A DNA stretch of 64,000 nucleotides, taken from Escherichia coli. GTDB lineage: Bacteria > Pseudomonadota > Gammaproteobacteria > Enterobacterales > Enterobacteriaceae. The stretch lies in the NCBI RefSeq assembly GCF_016026235.1, contig NZ_CP065614.1; one strand, given 5' to 3'. The position numbers and the translations under genes are program-made. The notes under the pieces were generated by a model. That model had not been told where the DNA came from, searched no databases, and saw only the letters and a list, made by a program, of their open reading frames with translations. This document shows positions 21,041-31,811 of the stretch, in pieces (the stretch's first letter is position 1; each line of letters starts with the position of its first letter).

Positions 21041-21081
21041 TGTTTGTTTTTCTATTTGTTTATGAGCAACGGAGACTGGTT

Positions 21082-22062
21082 ATGAAAATCTTTATTGATG
21101 ATGGTTCTACCAACATTAAACTTGCTTGGTTGGAGGATGGTGACGTGAAAACGTTAATCAGCCCTAACAGCTTTAAACCGGAATGGTCTTTTAGTTTACT
21201 GGATGATGCTGCCCCGGCTAATTACGAGATCGACGGCGAGAAGTTTTCATTTGATCCATTAAGTGCTGATGCTGTCGTAACGACTGAAACACGCTATCAG
21301 TACAGTGATGTGAATGTTGTGGCCATTCAGCATGCGCTACAGCAGACCGGCCTGAAAGCGCAGCCTGTTGATGTCATCGTCACATTGCCGATCTCTGAAT
21401 ACCTTGACGCCAACAATCAGAAAAATAAGCAACACATTGAAAGAAAGAAAAAAAATGTGATGCGTGAAGTACGGGTGCAGGGGAGTGATGCATTTGTTAT
21501 TCGCAGTGTTTCCGTTCTTCCTGAAAGTATTCCCGCTGGTTTCAGTGTTCTTGCGGGGCTTGAGGATGATGAATCCCTTTTGATCGTAGATCTCGGTGGT
21601 ACAACTCTTGATGTGTCGCATGTTCGTAGCAAAATGACAGGGATTACAAAAACCTGGTGTGATCCGAATATCGGCGTGTCCCTGATTACATCCGGGGTTA
21701 AGGAACAGATGGCTGTACATGCTAATACAAGAATGAGCTCATTCCAGGCTGACAATATCATTGTGCACCGTAATGAACCTGACTACCTTTCCCGTCGCAT
21801 TTATAATGCTGAACAGCGTGAGTCTATCATTAATGTTATCAATGAACGGCAGAAGTTGCTTATTAAACGAGTTAATGATGTCATCAGCCGTTTCACCGAC
21901 TATACACATGTAATGTGTGTTGGTGGTGGGGCTGAAATTGTGGCCGAGGCTGTGAAGAACCTGACTAAGGTTCCTGATGAGCGCTTTTATCTGAGCTCAT
22001 CCCCGCAGTTTGATTTAGTCATGGGAATGATAAAAATGAAAGGTGGTGTGACTAATGAGTGA
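21082..22062 (+). CDS. stbA: Actin-like partition ATPase StbA (ParM family)
   Basis: Begins MKIFIDDGSTNIKLAW and contains ...VDLGGTTLDV...VGGGAEI. GGAG lies 7 nt upstream. Confidence 0.85.
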   Translation: MKIFIDDGSTNIKLAWLEDGDVKTLISPNSFKPEWSFSLLDDAAPANYEIDGEKFSFDPLSADAVVTTETRYQYSDVNVVAIQHALQQTGLKAQPVDVIVTLPISEYLDANNQKNKQHIERKKKNVMREVRVQGSDAFVIRSVSVLPESIPAGFSVLAGLEDDESLLIVDLGGTTLDVSHVRSKMTGITKTWCDPNIGVSLITSGVKEQMAVHANTRMSSFQADNIIVHRNEPDYLSRRIYNAEQRESIINVINERQKLLIKRVNDVISRFTDYTHVMCVGGGAEIVAEAVKNLTKVPDERFYLSSSPQFDLVMGMIKMKGGVTNE

Positions 22063-22471
22063 TGAAAATAAATCCAGACGCTGCTCATTTGAACTTTTCC
22101 CGGATGAACGGACAGGAGATAAGATAGCAGATGAGCTCATTGCAAATGAAAAACTGAAGGAGCGGGGACGTTTCATGCGCGCGATGTTAGTTACTGGTGC
22201 GGCGTTTGCAGCTATAGATAAACGTCTTCCTTTGCTGATATCGGAGTTACTGACAGAAAATACGACTCTGGATGATATTAATAAGGTGATTTCCAGCGTA
22301 ATACCAGGTGCTTTTTCGGTTGAAAAGAAATTGCTTGAATTACTGGAAAAACAATCTGGTCTCCATACGTCTGTGGATTGCAGTACTCCTCTTACAGAGC
22401 AGAGTCTGTCGAGAAATGACGGTGAAGACCAGACCAGAAGAAACGCTGAAAATATGTTCGGAGATGACTGA
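22055..22471 (+). CDS. stbB: StbB (ParR-type adaptor)
   Basis: 138 aa. Overlaps the stbA stop codon by 8 nt. Confidence 0.7.
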   Translation: MSDENKSRRCSFELFPDERTGDKIADELIANEKLKERGRFMRAMLVTGAAFAAIDKRLPLLISELLTENTTLDDINKVISSVIPGAFSVEKKLLELLEKQSGLHTSVDCSTPLTEQSLSRNDGEDQTRRNAENMFGDD

Positions 22472-22713
22472 ACTAACCCAGCCTGGCCAGGGGAATATCT
22501 CGCCATTTAGTTGTATAACACTGACTCAACATTTCCCGTTTCATTTGCCATTCAGGGGCGGTTCCTCGCCCCGCAAACAATCCACCCGCTCAGCCCCCCT
22601 GTTGCGATGGCGGGTGGTCCCCTGCACCCGAGGAACAGATAATGAAGCCGGGCTGTTTTTTCCCGACTTCGCCAGCGCTGCCGATTATTGTATGGAGAAA
22701 GATATTCCATACC

Positions 22714-22769
22714 GGACCAGCGGGAGCATTTGAACAGAAACTTACGGTTTTGCTCTTTCGGTAGGCTCA
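22714..22769 (-). mobile_element. Tn3-family terminal remnant (putative inverted repeat only)
   Basis: 56 bp that appear identical by eye to 33881-33936. Homology starts at the same nucleotide (GGACCAGCGGGAGCATTTGAACAGAAACTTACGG). Confidence 0.5.
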
Positions 22770-22849
22770 GAACCACGGCAGCCTGGCGGCTGCAAATCGG
22801 GGTGTGGCAGAATATGAGCTTTCAGAGTAACCATCCAGAATGAGTTCCC

Positions 22850-23102
22850 ATGTCACACAACCTGGAGCACCAGAAAGCCCACACCAGAATGGTGAAAGAG
22901 GTTCTGAAATCCGTCGCCAGAGCCAATAATCACCCTTATCCGTCCGTATTTGCAGACTTTATCGCCGGTCATCCCTCCTGCACGGTCTGTTTCTGGGAAA
23001 CCTTCCACAAAATGTACCCGGATTCACCGTACGAATACGTCACGTTCTGCCATACCTGCCGTCGTTTTGATTTATACGAAACAGAAGCGGAGATGAAGGC
23101 GG

Positions 23103-23122
<20 letters not shown>
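22850..23122 (+). CDS. IS91-family accessory ORF (90 aa, Cys/His-rich)
   Basis: Conserved upstream of the transposase in copies A and E, with one aa difference between them. Confidence 0.6.
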
Positions 23123-25613
<2,491 letters not shown>

Positions 25614-25985
25614 TGCAGGATAAGTGCGCCCGGGAATCGGGGTAAGTATAAAAAACGGCCGATTACAGTATTAAAACCGTCCACAGAAAGAAAAAAACAC
25701 CGGCGTGATGTGAAAAACAGCTTACCGCACGAGGCATAAGACGCGGACAGTGGTATCGCTTAGTTTTTCAATTTCCTATACGTGAACAGGCATAGCTGTG
25801 ATTTCATTGAATTATTGGCACAAATCAGTTGATCGTACAATGCTGTGCCTGTCTCGTTTTCTGGAGATTCCTCAGCCTCATGGAGCGGCGTAACAGGCGT
25901 ACCGGCAGGACAGAGATGTTTGCTTTTCCTAGTCCGGCCAGTTTAGTGGAATAACGGAGTTTTTATCCCATGTTTTTTCCCCCGA

Positions 25986-27161
25986 TCACGACTTTTTCAA
26001 ATCAATGCTCAGAATACGTTCTTTAGCTCCTTCCACAAACACATCAGGATCCCAATCGCGGTTAAAGCCTTCTTTGATGCCAATGTAAAGGGTATCCATA
26101 TCGTCCGACAACACCATCTGGTTTGGGTAGACCGGCATGTTAAATTCACGGGTGATGCTGTATTTGGTGGCATCCACTACGCTGATGGTGCCGCTAGTGA
26201 AGTTGGTGACATACAGTTCGTTATATTTCGGATTGTATTTCACCGCGTTAGCTCCGGCTCCTGTGTGCACATAGCCAAGCTGTTTACCGTCGCGTAAGTC
26301 AAAAATATAGAGGCCATCTTTTGTACCGGAACGATCGTCATGGTCGAATACCACCACAAAGGCACGGTCAGAAGCGGAGTCCACCGCCAGATTCTGCACA
26401 CTTGTGATTTGTGGTCTCGGATCTTTCAACGGGATGGTACGCAGCAGCGTCTGATTTTTCGCATCAATTTCGTTGATGTAATCTCTTCCGCCAACGTAGA
26501 TTTTCTGTGTTTTTTCATCCATCGTCAGACCATACGCTGTACCTTTGTAAGCATCCTTAACCTCGCCTTTTAAGGCAAGCGTCGTCCCGTCGAGCATTAA
26601 CAGCTTATGCAGAGGCTTCATGCCCTCGGCCGTTTTCAGCATATTGCTATAACTCACAAACAGGGTATCGGAATCCTGGCTGTAAACCATATGGCGCAAA
26701 TGCTCAAAACGCGAATCTGCAGCGTTTGCCGCTTTAAAACTTAACCTGTCGCTGGTTCTTACCAGTTTGCCGGTTGGGGTGTCAAACATACTGATACGCA
26801 GGGACGCTGACTGGGTGTGTCCGATATAGAGCTGATGTTTATCCTGATTTATCGCCAGCGAAAATGCCCGGTATGGCATCGTGTATTTATTTTCGACTTT
26901 CAGCGAATCTGAATTAAACGAATACAGATAGCCTTTATTGGCTTCACGATTTACACGATCGGTGACTGCTGCAAACACCTTTTTACTGGCATTATCAAAC
27001 GCCAGTTCATAGACGCCTTCATCAGGGGACTGAAGGTAATTCGTTTTCAGGGCAAATCGCGAAAGTTCGCGTTCAGGTGGATCGATAGCCATGGCCATCG
27101 TGGGTAAAAATAGTGAAATTAACAGGTATAGCGGTGCTTTGGATAAAGTGAAAATATTCAT
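25986..27161 (-). CDS. YncE-like periplasmic beta-propeller protein (YVTN repeat type)
   Basis: Signal peptide MNIFTLSKAPLYLLISLFLPTMAMA. 391 aa from this start. Repeated ...YV.....I.V.D... blades. Confidence 0.65.
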   Translation of the reverse strand: MNIFTLSKAPLYLLISLFLPTMAMAIDPPERELSRFALKTNYLQSPDEGVYELAFDNASKKVFAAVTDRVNREANKGYLYSFNSDSLKVENKYTMPYRAFSLAINQDKHQLYIGHTQSASLRISMFDTPTGKLVRTSDRLSFKAANAADSRFEHLRHMVYSQDSDTLFVSYSNMLKTAEGMKPLHKLLMLDGTTLALKGEVKDAYKGTAYGLTMDEKTQKIYVGGRDYINEIDAKNQTLLRTIPLKDPRPQITSVQNLAVDSASDRAFVVVFDHDDRSGTKDGLYIFDLRDGKQLGYVHTGAGANAVKYNPKYNELYVTNFTSGTISVVDATKYSITREFNMPVYPNQMVLSDDMDTLYIGIKEGFNRDWDPDVFVEGAKERILSIDLKKS

Positions 27162-27229
27162 TTTTCGTTCCTGCAATAAAATTGACATAAGAGAGAAAAC
27201 GTATTGTCTGAACCTGGCGGAAATTGTCA

Positions 27230-29491
27230 TCAGAAACGAATGTCCCCGCCAAATATCCATGTTCTGCCACGCGCGGAATTGGCTGGGTGGGTCTCGTCAC
27301 CAAGACCTGGCATCATGTTGAGCTTATTCAGCGCCTCCGAATAATCTCTGTTCATCAGGTTTTGTACCGAAAGTTTCAGTGTCAGGTTGCGGTTGTACTC
27401 GTAAGTACCATAGAGATCGATAATCGTTGGGATCTGCGGCAAATCCTGTTTGATTATTGCGCCGGTATGTTCGTCCTGCTCAAAATCAGGCGACAGGCGA
27501 CGAGCCTTGCCTGTGTATTTTATGATAGTGCCCAGGGTCAACGCGTTATCGAAGAAGCGAACACCAGTATCCAGCGTCATGTATTTTCTGGGCAGTTCGG
27601 TCATATCCCCTGCGCCAAAGTAGGTGCTGGCGATGGAGGTTGGCTGGTCTGTTTGCTGCTGGCTGAAAGAGAGTCGGCCAAAAGCAAAACCTGCATCATA
27701 ATCCATCTCCAGTTCGAAGCCCTTTGCAATAACGTCGCTTGCCGAGTTAACGTAGATGTACATATTGTCGCTGTATTCATCGCTAATGCCCTCCCAGTCA
27801 TTGCCAATCACCTCAGCCATACTGCATTTACGACCTCCAGAACAAACCAGATAAGACTCGCTGTAGATGTAGTTCTGGATCCTGCTGCGGTACGCCAGAG
27901 CCTTAAAGCGCAGGGCATCCTGTTCGACCAGTAAATCTCTGGTATCAATGTTAAAACCCGCCTGCCAGGTTTCTGCACGTTCAGGCTTCAGGAATGGGTT
28001 CATGGATGCGCCTCCTGAATTAGAGAAGAACATCTCCTGGATGTTCGGGGCGCGCATGGATTTGCTGTAGCCAATGAACGGCTGAAGCCATGGTGTTACC
28101 TGAGCAGAAAGCTGAACTGAAGGGTTGAAGCCACCCTCTTTATCGTCAATATCGTAGCTACCCTGTGGCACGCAGATAACGCGTGAATCGCAGGCGGGCT
28201 TGTACCCTGTGATCCTGTTACGTGTGTAGTTGAGATTGAAATCTGCCTCCCAGATGCCGCGCGTAACCTTCAGCCCGGTATACAGCGCTGAAATATCCTG
28301 CTGGCCGGAGGGTGCGAACGGATTGTTCTCGATCGATTCCTGATTCGCTTTCGGGTCGCCCGCCGCTGAGTGAATGGTCCGGTCATAGCGGGTACGCATC
28401 AGTTTGCTGCCCAGCATAAACTCCAGTTCATTGTCCGCGACAGTGAACCGGCTGGTATTGTTGATATCCAGCGCGTCAGAACGATTTTGCGCTGAGGTTT
28501 TGTAGAAAGTATACAGCGAGCCATCACGATACTTTTGATTACCGCGACTGGTACTGGCCGTTACGTTAAAGTCAATTAATTCAGAAAAAGGGGTGTAATG
28601 ATATTTAATGTAATAGTCGTCACTGGTTATATCACGACGTGTAAATTTATTTTCATAGGTTCGAGCGGAAAGTTCGAAGCTGTTAAATTCGTCTGGTCTG
28701 ATATCCATTTTATACAGTTGGGATTTGGGGTTCTGCTTCATATATTTATCATAACCAAACTCTTTGCTGTTAATTCCAGAACCATTTGAGAAATTAGAGT
28801 ACACAGAACTGCCGCTCACAGCAGCCATAACGCCAATGCTTCCCGTATCCGTAAAAGCGTCGCTTTTTCCACCAAGGGCGATCATTCCGCTGCGTCCCAG
28901 CCCATTACTACCGACAGAGAAACGTGAACGAAGGCCATATGTATTACCGTTAAATATTACATCGTCAACGCCAATAGTACGCATATTTGCACTACCGGCA
29001 AGGGCGTTGATCCCTTCAGAGCCACTGCTGTCACCGCGTGTAACATCAACTGCTACCAGTAAGTTAGGATCTATAAGTACGCCAGCCATATTGTTAGTTG
29101 AACCATGCGCCGTTGTTCCGGAGGTAGAGGTTCCGTAAAAACTCTGGGTAATACCATCGACCATAGTGTTTACACGACCAAATCCGCTCATGCCTCGAAT
29201 ATTCACACTGATTGCTCCCTGACCAGGATCTATTTGAGTATAAGTACCAGGCATACTACGCACTGTTGCGTCAAGTGATTGCAGGTTTTTGTCCGTTGTC
29301 CGGGAACTGGTCGCGCCTGTTTTCTCGAGAGCTTCCTGCTCACTGGTCGTCTTCCCGACAGAAACGCTGAGCGGACTGAATTCTGCCGCTCCTTTTTTGT
29401 CGGAATTAGTTTTTTCACTGATGGATTGTGAGTAAGCACCGCAGCTGAGCAATAATATGCCTGAGCCGATAGCCAGTTTTATAACGTTCAT
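27230..29491 (-). CDS. TonB-dependent outer-membrane receptor (haem/haemoglobin-receptor-like family)
   Basis: 753 aa with a signal peptide, a plug domain (ISVNIRGMSGFGRVNTMVDG) and a C-terminal ...TWIFGGDIRF. Carries the FRAP/NPNL-like pair MRAP...NPFL. Confidence 0.85.
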   Translation of the reverse strand: MNVIKLAIGSGILLLSCGAYSQSISEKTNSDKKGAAEFSPLSVSVGKTTSEQEALEKTGATSSRTTDKNLQSLDATVRSMPGTYTQIDPGQGAISVNIRGMSGFGRVNTMVDGITQSFYGTSTSGTTAHGSTNNMAGVLIDPNLLVAVDVTRGDSSGSEGINALAGSANMRTIGVDDVIFNGNTYGLRSRFSVGSNGLGRSGMIALGGKSDAFTDTGSIGVMAAVSGSSVYSNFSNGSGINSKEFGYDKYMKQNPKSQLYKMDIRPDEFNSFELSARTYENKFTRRDITSDDYYIKYHYTPFSELIDFNVTASTSRGNQKYRDGSLYTFYKTSAQNRSDALDINNTSRFTVADNELEFMLGSKLMRTRYDRTIHSAAGDPKANQESIENNPFAPSGQQDISALYTGLKVTRGIWEADFNLNYTRNRITGYKPACDSRVICVPQGSYDIDDKEGGFNPSVQLSAQVTPWLQPFIGYSKSMRAPNIQEMFFSNSGGASMNPFLKPERAETWQAGFNIDTRDLLVEQDALRFKALAYRSRIQNYIYSESYLVCSGGRKCSMAEVIGNDWEGISDEYSDNMYIYVNSASDVIAKGFELEMDYDAGFAFGRLSFSQQQTDQPTSIASTYFGAGDMTELPRKYMTLDTGVRFFDNALTLGTIIKYTGKARRLSPDFEQDEHTGAIIKQDLPQIPTIIDLYGTYEYNRNLTLKLSVQNLMNRDYSEALNKLNMMPGLGDETHPANSARGRTWIFGGDIRF

Positions 29492-29659
29492 AAATTTCCT
29501 TGGATATAATATTAATAAAGATAAGTATAACTATTTGTTTATTAATTATGATCTACTGTCTTTTTGATTTTTTCGACAGTGGAAAAGTTTGATAAAATGT
29601 TCAGCATAAAAATGAAAATTAAATTTCAGTTAAATGAACTTGAACGGCCAATTATCCCT

Positions 29660-30436
29660 TTACTCCTTCAACTTAAAGGTAATCGGCATTTTTACTTTAA
29701 ATAATCCTCCCTCCAATATTTCAGGCGGTGGTTTGGGAAGTGGTTGAGCGCGTTCTAAAACAGCAATAGCTTCGCGGTCAAGAGAAAGGGTTCCTGAAGA
29801 GATTTCCAAGAAACTACTGACAATAGTGCCTTCCGTGTTTACGGTAAAAGTCACAACGGCTGTGCCGGTTCGTGCACGTTTTCTGGCATCGCCAGGGTAA
29901 CGTTTATAACGGTTAAGGTGGCCTTTTACTCTGCTTTCCCAAGATGCCTCAGAATTATCTCGCTTTGTTGAGTCACTGTTAAAAGGCGCAGCAATACGGG
30001 ACGATTCGACCAGAGCCTGAGGTGCAGCATTACTGGAAACGGCTGTGGGGTTGCTGTCGCTGGTTTGAGCCTTTATCTTACGAGGTGGACGTGTCTTTTT
30101 CTTTTCTCCATCGGATGACTTTTTCTTCCTAGTTATTTCAATGGTTGCATCACTGTCTTCAGTGACAGGACGTTGTTGTCTGTCCTCAGTTTGTTGCTTT
30201 TCTTCTGTCACTGCGGACTCCTGTTGAGCGATTCCCACCGGAAGCGAAAGTGGAGAAGAAGGAGCCTCTATAATTTCTGCCCATTGCAGCATGATCGCCG
30301 GTGCAGGAGACATAGCGGGCTGAACTTCGGAAAAACGCCAGATAAACGTAAGGAAAATCAGTCCATGAAGCAGTAGAGAACAGATAAACCAGCTGCTCCA
30401 TTTTACCGACTGTGGGAAGTGGAGAATATTCATCAT
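29660..30436 (-). CDS. TonB-like energy transducer
   Basis: N-terminal TM anchor, a charged linker rich in P/E/K/Q, and a C-terminal TonB domain (YKRYPGDARKRARTGTAVVTFTVNTEGTIV). Confidence 0.8.
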   Translation of the reverse strand: MMNILHFPQSVKWSSWFICSLLLHGLIFLTFIWRFSEVQPAMSPAPAIMLQWAEIIEAPSSPLSLPVGIAQQESAVTEEKQQTEDRQQRPVTEDSDATIEITRKKKSSDGEKKKTRPPRKIKAQTSDSNPTAVSSNAAPQALVESSRIAAPFNSDSTKRDNSEASWESRVKGHLNRYKRYPGDARKRARTGTAVVTFTVNTEGTIVSSFLEISSGTLSLDREAIAVLERAQPLPKPPPEILEGGLFKVKMPITFKLKE

Positions 30437-30443
30437 CCATGGT

Positions 30444-31319
30444 TTACCTTTTTGTTGTATCTGGCGCTACAAACCACACGTAGTCAGCATGATCTACTGT
30501 GATGTTCATTCCTTTTTCTGCAAGCATCAACACCACTGGATGGGTGCCGGTGGCAAGATCTTCCATGTGTAACGGTACGCCCATGCTTTTTGACGCGTGA
30601 TAACCACCTGCAATCAACAACGACGGTACCGGGGCACTCAGAAGCTGGCGGGCCATGTAGCGATCCCGCTGCTGCTGAACAGAGAGCATTGACGTCAGTT
30701 GCTGGCTTTCAAGGTTGCCTTCATGCATAGCTATGATGGTTTCACGCAGAGCTTCTTGTACCACAGGTGCAGTGGATTTTTTTCCTTTAGGAAATTCGTT
30801 TTTTTTGTACAGTGCCAACATCTGCTCCCGGCCAATGTTGGCATTGAGCAGCGGGTAAGGCCCACGTAATAGCTGCATGACGATGTCGCCATACATCTCC
30901 CAGGACCACCCTTTTTGCCAGTTAAGTAGTTCCTGAACACGGCTATCTCGAACCACAGGATTATCTTTCAGCCAACATTTAACTTGGTTAACTCGGGGCT
31001 GTTGGTCTGACGTCAACATCTCAAGCAACACACTCCCCTGTGGTCGCTGGATGAGCAGATTTTGAATAAGCCAAAGCTCAATCTGATGATGCTCGGCATT
31101 ATCGTGTTTTTCACCAATAATAAGATGTCGAGCGGTAGCAAGATCCGCCAAAAGCTCGCTGCTAGAAATAATTTTGCCACTGTGCAAATCGTAAATCTGC
31201 CCGTCAATCAGGAAAGCTTTCTGCCCTGGCGCATCCTGCTTTATGGTGACATTCTGTCTGCAGGCTCCCAGACTAACACTAGCTAACGTTATCATAGAAA
31301 TAAGGATGAACTTTCTCAT
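30444..31319 (-). CDS. ChaN-like (haem-binding uptake, Tiki-superfamily) lipoprotein
   Basis: Lipobox in MRKFILISMITLASVSLGAC. GEKHDNAEHH motif. The start is taken at MRKF. The track ORF begins at 31361. Confidence 0.65.
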   Translation of the reverse strand: MRKFILISMITLASVSLGACRQNVTIKQDAPGQKAFLIDGQIYDLHSGKIISSSELLADLATARHLIIGEKHDNAEHHQIELWLIQNLLIQRPQGSVLLEMLTSDQQPRVNQVKCWLKDNPVVRDSRVQELLNWQKGWSWEMYGDIVMQLLRGPYPLLNANIGREQMLALYKKNEFPKGKKSTAPVVQEALRETIIAMHEGNLESQQLTSMLSVQQQRDRYMARQLLSAPVPSLLIAGGYHASKSMGVPLHMEDLATGTHPVVLMLAEKGMNITVDHADYVWFVAPDTTKR

Positions 31320-31395
31320 ATTCCCATCTGAAACAATATATTTCCATATATTTATTGACAAAACATTAATTATGATAAAACATCAAAGAATAAAT

Positions 31396-31414
31396 GTAAA
31401 TAATTATCATTACC
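31396..31414 (-). promoter_or_regulatory. Fur box
   Basis: The minus strand reads GGTAATGATAATTATTTAC, matching the consensus GATAATGATAATCATTATC at 15 of 19 positions. About 80 nt upstream of the ChaN-like start codon. Confidence 0.6.
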
Positions 31415-31460
31415 AACAAAAAGAATGCACTAGCGAGTGATGTTTACCAGCCGATATTAT

Positions 31461-31483
31461 GGGGTCCGCTTGGAAAACGGATC
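31461..31483 (+). repeat. Solo partial Tn3/Tn21-type terminal inverted repeat
   Basis: Reads GGGGTCCGCTTGGAAAACGGATC. The first 15 nt are identical to both IRs of the miniature element at 36128-36412. Confidence 0.5.
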
Positions 31484-31811
31484 TATGGTCACTCCCGTTT
31501 TTGCAACACCGATTTTGACGATAAGTGGGCTTGCTTGAATCTATCCGGAGTCTGAATGGGATTTCATTCCCGCGCCCCGATGAGTTCCGCGCCTGATGTA
31601 CATGTCGAAGAAAACGGCCGGCGGGAGGAATACGGCGCGCTACCTAGGTCGTTATCTGAAGAAGCCGCCGATAGCGGCCTCCCGGCTGGCACATTACAAC
31701 GGAGGGGCGAGCCTGAGCTTCCGTTACCTGGACCACAAAACGGGAGAAACGGCGACGGAAACGCTGACACAGCGTGAGCAGGTCGCGAGGCTGAAACAGC
31801 ACATCCCGGAG

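Noticed and set aside
22015-22506. 163-aa minus-strand ORF covering stbB.
   Set aside because: It is antisense to stbB, which is translationally coupled to stbA. The ORF is serine-rich and low in complexity.
27224-27934. 236-aa plus-strand ORF overlapping the receptor gene and the start of the YncE-like track ORF.
   Set aside because: It is antisense to a clearly conserved TonB-dependent receptor C-terminus and has no independent support.
29492-29659. Possible second Fur box upstream of the receptor gene (GATCATAATTAATAAACAA on the minus strand).
   Set aside because: Only about half of the 19 positions match the consensus in an AT-rich background.
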